Shown: one piece after another, positions 59,139 to 64,000 of the stretch
How the letters are laid out: the number at the start of each line of letters is the position of its first letter
Position numbering within the stretch: the first letter of the stretch is position 1
NCBI GenBank assembly: GCA_032654565.1
Contig: JAULAX010000009.1
Span: 192,001 to 256,000 of the forward strand
Length of the DNA: 64,000 nucleotides
Direction of reading: 5' to 3'
Source: Anaeromyxobacteraceae bacterium
Lineage (GTDB): Bacteria > Myxococcota > Myxococcia > Myxococcales > Anaeromyxobacteraceae
Translations under genes and position numbers: made by a program
Notes under the pieces: model-generated
The model's input: only the letters and a program-made list of their open reading frames with translations
Database searches by the model: none
Told to the model about the DNA's origin: nothing

Positions 59139-59963
59139 ATGTCCGTCTCAATTCGTACCAACGTCGCTTCGCTCAACGCGCAGCGAAACATGTCCCAGAC
59201 CCAGTCGATGCTCGACTCCTCACTCGCGAAGCTCTCCTCGGGCTATCGCATCACCGCCGCCGGCGACGACGCCGCCGGCCTGGGCATCAGCACCAACTTG
59301 ATCGCCCAGATCAAGTCGTACAGCCAGGCCGTCCGCAACGCCAACGACGGCCAGTCGCTCATCCAGGCGGCCGAGGCCGGCCTCAACAACTCGGCCAACA
59401 TCATCACCCGCCTCCGCGAGCTGGCCATGGAGTCGGCCTCGGACGGCGTGGGCAACTCGGAGCGCGCCTACATCAACACGGAGTCGGTGGCGCTGATCGC
59501 CGAGCTCCAGCGCGTCGCCGTCACCTCGGAGTACAACGGCACCCGCCTGCTGGACGGCGTCGCCGCCACCATGGACTTCCAGGTCGGCGTCCGCGGCACC
59601 ACCAACGACGTCATCTCCTTCATCACCATGGACGCCACCACCACGGCCCTGGGCGTGAGCACGCTCAACCTGAGCACCAAGACCGGCTCCGTGGCCGCCC
59701 TGAACACGCTCGACACCGCGCTCTCCCGGGTCTCGACGGCACGCTCCACCATCGGCGCCGCCGGCAACCGGTTCAACGAGACCATCACCACCATCCAGGC
59801 GTTCCGCGAGGCCCTCTCGGCCGCCAACAGCCGCATCCGCGACGTCGACGTGGCCGAGGAGACCTCCAACCTGACCAAGGCGCAGATCCTGGCGCAGGCC
59901 GGCGTCTCGGTCCTCTCGCAGGCCAACCAGCTGCCGCAGATGGCCCTGAAGCTCCTCCAGTAG
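59139..59963 (+). CDS. fliC: Flagellin (short, 274 aa)
   Basis: IRTNVASLNAQR, LSSGYRI..AGDDAAGL, SRIRDVDVAEE, QANQLPQMALKLL. Confidence 0.97.
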   Translation: MSVSIRTNVASLNAQRNMSQTQSMLDSSLAKLSSGYRITAAGDDAAGLGISTNLIAQIKSYSQAVRNANDGQSLIQAAEAGLNNSANIITRLRELAMESASDGVGNSERAYINTESVALIAELQRVAVTSEYNGTRLLDGVAATMDFQVGVRGTTNDVISFITMDATTTALGVSTLNLSTKTGSVAALNTLDTALSRVSTARSTIGAAGNRFNETITTIQAFREALSAANSRIRDVDVAEETSNLTKAQILAQAGVSVLSQANQLPQMALKLLQ

Positions 59964-59985
59964 TCCGCTCCACGCTTCTCCTTCC

Positions 59986-60018
59986 GGCCGCCCCGTGGCT
60001 GAACGCTGCGGGGCGGCC
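59986..60018 (+). terminator. 14-bp stem-loop between fliC and fliD
   Basis: GGCCGCCCCGTGGC-TGAAC-GCTGCGGGGCGGCC with two G-U pairs; no U-tail. Confidence 0.6.
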
Positions 60019-60029
60019 TGGGAGCTTCG

Positions 60030-61376
60030 ATGGCTTCTACCTTCCAGGCGGGCGGGCTGGCGTCGGGGCTCGACACCAACACCATCATCGACAAGTTCGT
60101 CCTGCTCCGGTCGGCCTCGCTCACGCAGCTGCAGAAGAACCAGGCCGGCGCCCAGACCAAGGTCTCGACGCTCGCCGACATCACCTCCAAGCTCGCCGCC
60201 CTCCAGACGGCGGCCCGGGCGCTCTCCAGCGGCGGGGTGCTCGGCGCCACGGCGCTCGGCAAGAACAGCGCCTTCACGGCCGTGCCGGGGACGGGCGCGG
60301 TCGCCGGTGAGTACTCGGTCCAGGTCCAGACCCTGGCGCAGTCAGCCAAGGCCCGCTCGCAGGCCTTCGGGATCGACGGCCTGGTCCGGGGCGGCACGCT
60401 GGCCTTGACCGTCCAGGGGCAGTCCTACGGCGTCACCATCGCCGACGGCTCCTCGCTGAACGAGGCGGCGGCCGCCCTCAGGCAGTCGGGCGCGCCCATC
60501 TCGGCCGTGGTGCTCAACGACGGCACCAACCTCTACCTCTCGATCTCCAGCGTCAAGACCGGCTTCCCGGTCGGTGGCGCCGCCGCCGACGCGCTCTCCA
60601 TCGTCGAGACCAGCACCGGGACGGCCGGCCAGCCGCTCGGCGCCACCCTCTTCCAGCCGGCCCAGAACGCCACCTTCCTGGTGGACGGGCTGGCGTTCAC
60701 GCGGCAGTCCAACCAGGTGACCGACGCCGTCCCCGGCACCAGCCTGACGCTGGCCGCGCAGGGCGGCCCCGCCGAGAACCTGTCGATCGCCTACGACTCC
60801 GACGCCACCTCGGCGAAGCTCAAGACCTTCGTCGACGCCTACAACGCCGTCATGAGCGTGGTGCAGAAGCAGCTGGCGGTGACCCCGCAGACCGACCGTT
60901 CGGCCACGCTCTCCGGCGACCTGTCGATGCGCAGCCTGCAGGCGCGGCTCCAGTCGCTGGTCTCCTCCACGGTGGGCACCCTCTCCAACGTCCGCACCCT
61001 GGCCGACCTGGGCGTGAAGACCAACCGGGACGGGTCGCTCCAGATCGACTCCTCCGCCCTCGCCGGCGCCATCGCCCGGGACCCATCCGCGGTCAACGCC
61101 ATGTTCTCCACCGCCGCCTCCGGCCTGGGCGACCTCACCACGACGCTGGCCGACGCCTTCACCCGTGCCGGCGACGGGATCCTCACCGTCCGCTCGAAGA
61201 GCCTGGCCGACGGGGTGAGGGAGATGGACTCCCAGGCCACCCGCCTCCAGGACGCGCTCGACGCCTACCGGGCCCTGCTGGTGGCCCAGTTCACGGCCAT
61301 GGAGAAGCTGGTCAGCAGCCTCAAGAACTCGAGCACCTTCCTCACCGCGGTCTCGAACAACTCCAGCAGCACGTGA
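60030..61376 (+). CDS. fliD: Filament cap FliD
   Basis: GLASGLDTNTII, FVDAYN, LADLGV, QFTAMEKLVSSL. Confidence 0.95.
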   Translation: MASTFQAGGLASGLDTNTIIDKFVLLRSASLTQLQKNQAGAQTKVSTLADITSKLAALQTAARALSSGGVLGATALGKNSAFTAVPGTGAVAGEYSVQVQTLAQSAKARSQAFGIDGLVRGGTLALTVQGQSYGVTIADGSSLNEAAAALRQSGAPISAVVLNDGTNLYLSISSVKTGFPVGGAAADALSIVETSTGTAGQPLGATLFQPAQNATFLVDGLAFTRQSNQVTDAVPGTSLTLAAQGGPAENLSIAYDSDATSAKLKTFVDAYNAVMSVVQKQLAVTPQTDRSATLSGDLSMRSLQARLQSLVSSTVGTLSNVRTLADLGVKTNRDGSLQIDSSALAGAIARDPSAVNAMFSTAASGLGDLTTTLADAFTRAGDGILTVRSKSLADGVREMDSQATRLQDALDAYRALLVAQFTAMEKLVSSLKNSSTFLTAVSNNSSST

Positions 61377-61383
61377 GACTCAC

Positions 61384-61767
61384 ATGATCCACGCACAGCG
61401 CTACGCACAGGCCGCCGCCGGGACCGCCTCCAGGGAGCGGCTCATGGTCATGCTCTTCGAGAAGGCCCTCCTCGACATCCGCTCCGGTGCCGCCGCGCTC
61501 GAGGACGGCCGATCGATCGAAGGGCGCCGGTCGCTCAACCACGCCCTGGACATCGTCACCGAGCTGCACGCCACGCTCGACGCCACCCGCGCTCCGGCGC
61601 TCTGCGACCTGCTCGGGCAGATCTACCAGTTCGTCTGCACCCGCCTGGGCGAGGCCTGCCTGCGCGGTGACGCGAGGCTGGCCCGGGAAGCCGAGCGCGC
61701 CTTCACTCCCATCGCCCGTGGCTTCTCCCAGGCGGCGGTGCTGGCGGCCGGAGCCGAGGCTCCATGA
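61384..61767 (+). CDS. fliS: Flagellin chaperone FliS
   Basis: TASRERLMVMLFE; IVTELHATLD; LGQIYQF. Confidence 0.92.
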   Translation: MIHAQRYAQAAAGTASRERLMVMLFEKALLDIRSGAAALEDGRSIEGRRSLNHALDIVTELHATLDATRAPALCDLLGQIYQFVCTRLGEACLRGDARLAREAERAFTPIARGFSQAAVLAAGAEAP

Positions 61768-62042
61768 CCCTGGCCGAGCAGCTGGAGCAGGCGCTCACCG
61801 CGGTGGCCGAGTCGCTGGAGGCCGGCGTCACCGAGGCCGCCAGCTCCGCCGCCGAGCAGGTCGACCGGATCTGCGCCGAGGGGGCGGGCTCCGGCCTCCG
61901 CCTCTCCGCCGACGAGCTCTTCCTCCTGGCGCGTGCCCAGGCCCGGGCCGAGGCCGCCGCCGAGGCGGCGCGCGACGAGGTGGCCCGCGTCCTGGGGCTG
62001 GCCTCCTCGGGCCGGCGGGCCACGCTGGCGTACGGTCCCTAG
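61764..62042 (+). CDS. Small helical protein at the FliT position
   Basis: ATGA overlap with fliS; helical; ends in RATLAY like FliT-type proteins. Confidence 0.55.
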   Translation: MTLAEQLEQALTAVAESLEAGVTEAASSAAEQVDRICAEGAGSGLRLSADELFLLARAQARAEAAAEAARDEVARVLGLASSGRRATLAYGP

Positions 62043-62094
62043 AGCGCTCGAGCATTCTCGACACCGGCGCGGCCCCGTGGTCTCGTCGCCAGCC

Positions 62095-63672
62095 ATGGCC
62101 GCCAGGCTCTCGCTCTGCATGATCGTGCGCGACGAGGAGGAGTTCCTCCCTCGCTTCCTGCTCCACGCCCGCGGCCTGTGGGACGAGCTGGTGGCGGTCG
62201 ATGCCGGCTCCGTCGACCGAACGCCCCGGCTGCTCGCCGAGGCCGGCGCCACCGTCATCCATCGGGCGTGGACGGGCGACTTCGCCGCGGCGCGCAACGT
62301 CTCGCTGGAGTCGGCCTCCGGGGACTGGCTGGCGGTGCTCGACGCCGACGAGATGGTCTCGCCCGGGCTGGTCTCGGCCGCCCGCGCCCTCCTCCTCGAC
62401 CACACCGCCGGGGCGGCCACGGTGTCGATGCGCAACCGGCTGCCGCACGGCCACCTGGCCGAGGCCAGGCTCCTGCGCCTGTTCCGGCGCGACCCGCAGA
62501 TCCGATACCGCCACGCCATCCACGAGGACGCCAGCGAGGGCGTGGGCGCCTTCCTGGAGCGCACCGGCCTGCGCCAGGTCCACCTGGACGGCTGGGTCGA
62601 TCACCTCGGCTACGTCCGCGCCCGCGCCTCCGCCAGGGAGAAGAAGGCGCGCGACGTGGCCATCCTGGAGCGGCTGCTGGCGGCCGATCCCTCGGACCTC
62701 TACTCCCACTTCAAGCGGCTGGAGCAGGCGCGCTTCTGGGGCGACCGCCCCCTCTGGCGGCGCGCCGCCGCCGACGCCCTGGTGGCGATCCAGGCCCACC
62801 CCGACCGGCTCGGCCAGGTCCGGCACGGCGGCGAGCTGGTGGCGCTGGTGGCGGACGGGCTCCACCGGGGCGCTCCGCGGGAGGCGCTGGCCTTGATGGA
62901 CTCCTGGGCCGGGCGAATCCGGCCCTCGGCCGCCTTCCACCTGCGACGCGGCGAGCTCAACGAGCTGGCGGGCCGGACCGACGAGGCGGCCGCCGACTTC
63001 GCGCGCTGCCGGGCCCTGGTGGTCCAGACCGACAACGTGCAGCTGGCCACGGTGCGCCCCATGCTCGGGCAGGTCCGGCTGGCGCTGGCGCGTGGCGACA
63101 GGAGCGCGGCCCTGTCCCTCGTCGAGGAGTCGCTGCTGCTGGCGCCGCGTGATCCGGAGGCGCTGCTCGCGGCGGTGGCGCTTCACCGCGCTCGCGGCGG
63201 CTCGCCCGCCGTGGAGGCCTTCGCCGCGGCCCACGCCGGCGCCCACGGCAGCCTGCCGGAGCTGCACGAGGCGGTGGCGGAGGAGGCGCTGCTGGCCGGC
63301 GACCTCTCCCTGGCGCTCGAGGCGCTTCCTCGGGCCGCGGGGGCGCCGCCTGCGGGCCGCCCGGCGCTCCGGCTGGCGGTGGCCTGGCTGGCCGCTGGCG
63401 AGGCTGGAGCGGCGCGGGACCTGGCGCGCCGCCTGGTGGTCGACCTTCCGGAGGCGGCGCTGGTGGAGCTGCTCTGCGATCTGGCCGAAGGGCGCAACTC
63501 CGACCTCACCGTCGACCTCGAGCGGGGCGAGGCCGACCGGGCGCTCCGCTCCATGGTGACGGCGCTGGCGGCCTCGGCCATCCCATCGGTGCGGGTCGCG
63601 CTCCAGCGGAGCGCGCCGGAGGTGGCGCAGCTCTTCCCGTGGCTGGCAGCGGCGCTGGCGCAGCGCGGCTGA
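62095..63672 (+). CDS. Third GT2-TPR glycosyltransferase
   Basis: LSLCMIVRDE, VDAGSVD, GDFAAARN, LDADE, YRHAIHE, HLGY; TPR-like C-terminus. Confidence 0.88.
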   Translation: MAARLSLCMIVRDEEEFLPRFLLHARGLWDELVAVDAGSVDRTPRLLAEAGATVIHRAWTGDFAAARNVSLESASGDWLAVLDADEMVSPGLVSAARALLLDHTAGAATVSMRNRLPHGHLAEARLLRLFRRDPQIRYRHAIHEDASEGVGAFLERTGLRQVHLDGWVDHLGYVRARASAREKKARDVAILERLLAADPSDLYSHFKRLEQARFWGDRPLWRRAAADALVAIQAHPDRLGQVRHGGELVALVADGLHRGAPREALALMDSWAGRIRPSAAFHLRRGELNELAGRTDEAAADFARCRALVVQTDNVQLATVRPMLGQVRLALARGDRSAALSLVEESLLLAPRDPEALLAAVALHRARGGSPAVEAFAAAHAGAHGSLPELHEAVAEEALLAGDLSLALEALPRAAGAPPAGRPALRLAVAWLAAGEAGAARDLARRLVVDLPEAALVELLCDLAEGRNSDLTVDLERGEADRALRSMVTALAASAIPSVRVALQRSAPEVAQLFPWLAAALAQRG

Positions 63673-63738
63673 GGCGCTCGGGCCCGGCCCGGCTGCGCCG
63701 GCTGGCGGCCCGCCACCGCGCCGTGGAGCCCGCCCGGG

Positions 63739-63999
63739 TCAGCCCCGGGAGGGGCGCCGCCGGAAGACCAGCACCGCCGGATCGAGCTCGGGAGGGAGGA
63801 CCAGACGCGAGAGGGCCTGGTCCTCCTCCCAGTCGAACTCCCGCTGGGCCTGGTAGGCGTTCCAGTCGCCAGCCGCGAAGCGGTGGCGGGTGGTCACCAC
63901 CAGGTAGCGCTCGACGCTCTGCATCGCGAAGACCCGCCGCTCGAAGCCGTTTCCCGGAGGCGGGAAGGAGCAGACCACGGCCCGCGGCTGGTGGCGGGC
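63739..63999 (-). CDS. C-terminal part of a gene entering from beyond the window, possibly a SAM methyltransferase
   Basis: Frame is open to the window edge: ARHQPRAVVCSFPPPGNGFERRVF... Confidence 0.45.
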   Translation of the reverse strand, partial: ARHQPRAVVCSFPPPGNGFERRVFAMQSVERYLVVTTRHRFAAGDWNAYQAQREFDWEEDQALSRLVLPPELDPAVLVFRRRPSRG

Positions 64000-64000
64000 C

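Overview
Very GC-rich bacterial window; composition and gene content suggest Myxococcota, Anaeromyxobacter-like (inference). Positions 1-14.6 kb are metabolic: the 3' end of a large NAD-glutamate dehydrogenase, a secreted discoidin-domain protein, a minus-strand operon (lipoprotein Ntn-acylase, lipoprotein lipase, FadL-type channel), a PLP aminotransferase, an acyl-CoA ligase and a CPBP protease. Positions 14.8-17.2 kb hold two convergent bacteriohemerythrins (one split by an in-frame TAG) and a GGEEF diguanylate cyclase. Positions 17.3-63.7 kb are an essentially complete flagellar cluster: two receiver-less sigma54 activators, flgBC-fliEFGHI, fliK-flgDE, flbD-motAB, fliLMNOPQR-flhBAFG-fliA, fliJ, flgFGAHIJMNKL, fliC-fliD-fliS, and four interspersed glycosyltransferases. 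The most unusual element is a 773-aa gene between flgL and fliC. By eye it aligns in order with class I adenylate cyclase (CyaA) but lacks the catalytic motif, so it is a candidate flagellar pseudo-cyclase. Sigma54 and sigma28 promoters and GTC-N8-GAC boxes are readable directly, and three sigma54 promoters sit exactly 13 nt before a start codon (candidate leaderless mRNAs). No rRNA, tRNA, CRISPR array or mobile element was seen. All family calls come from motif recognition by eye; no searches were run.
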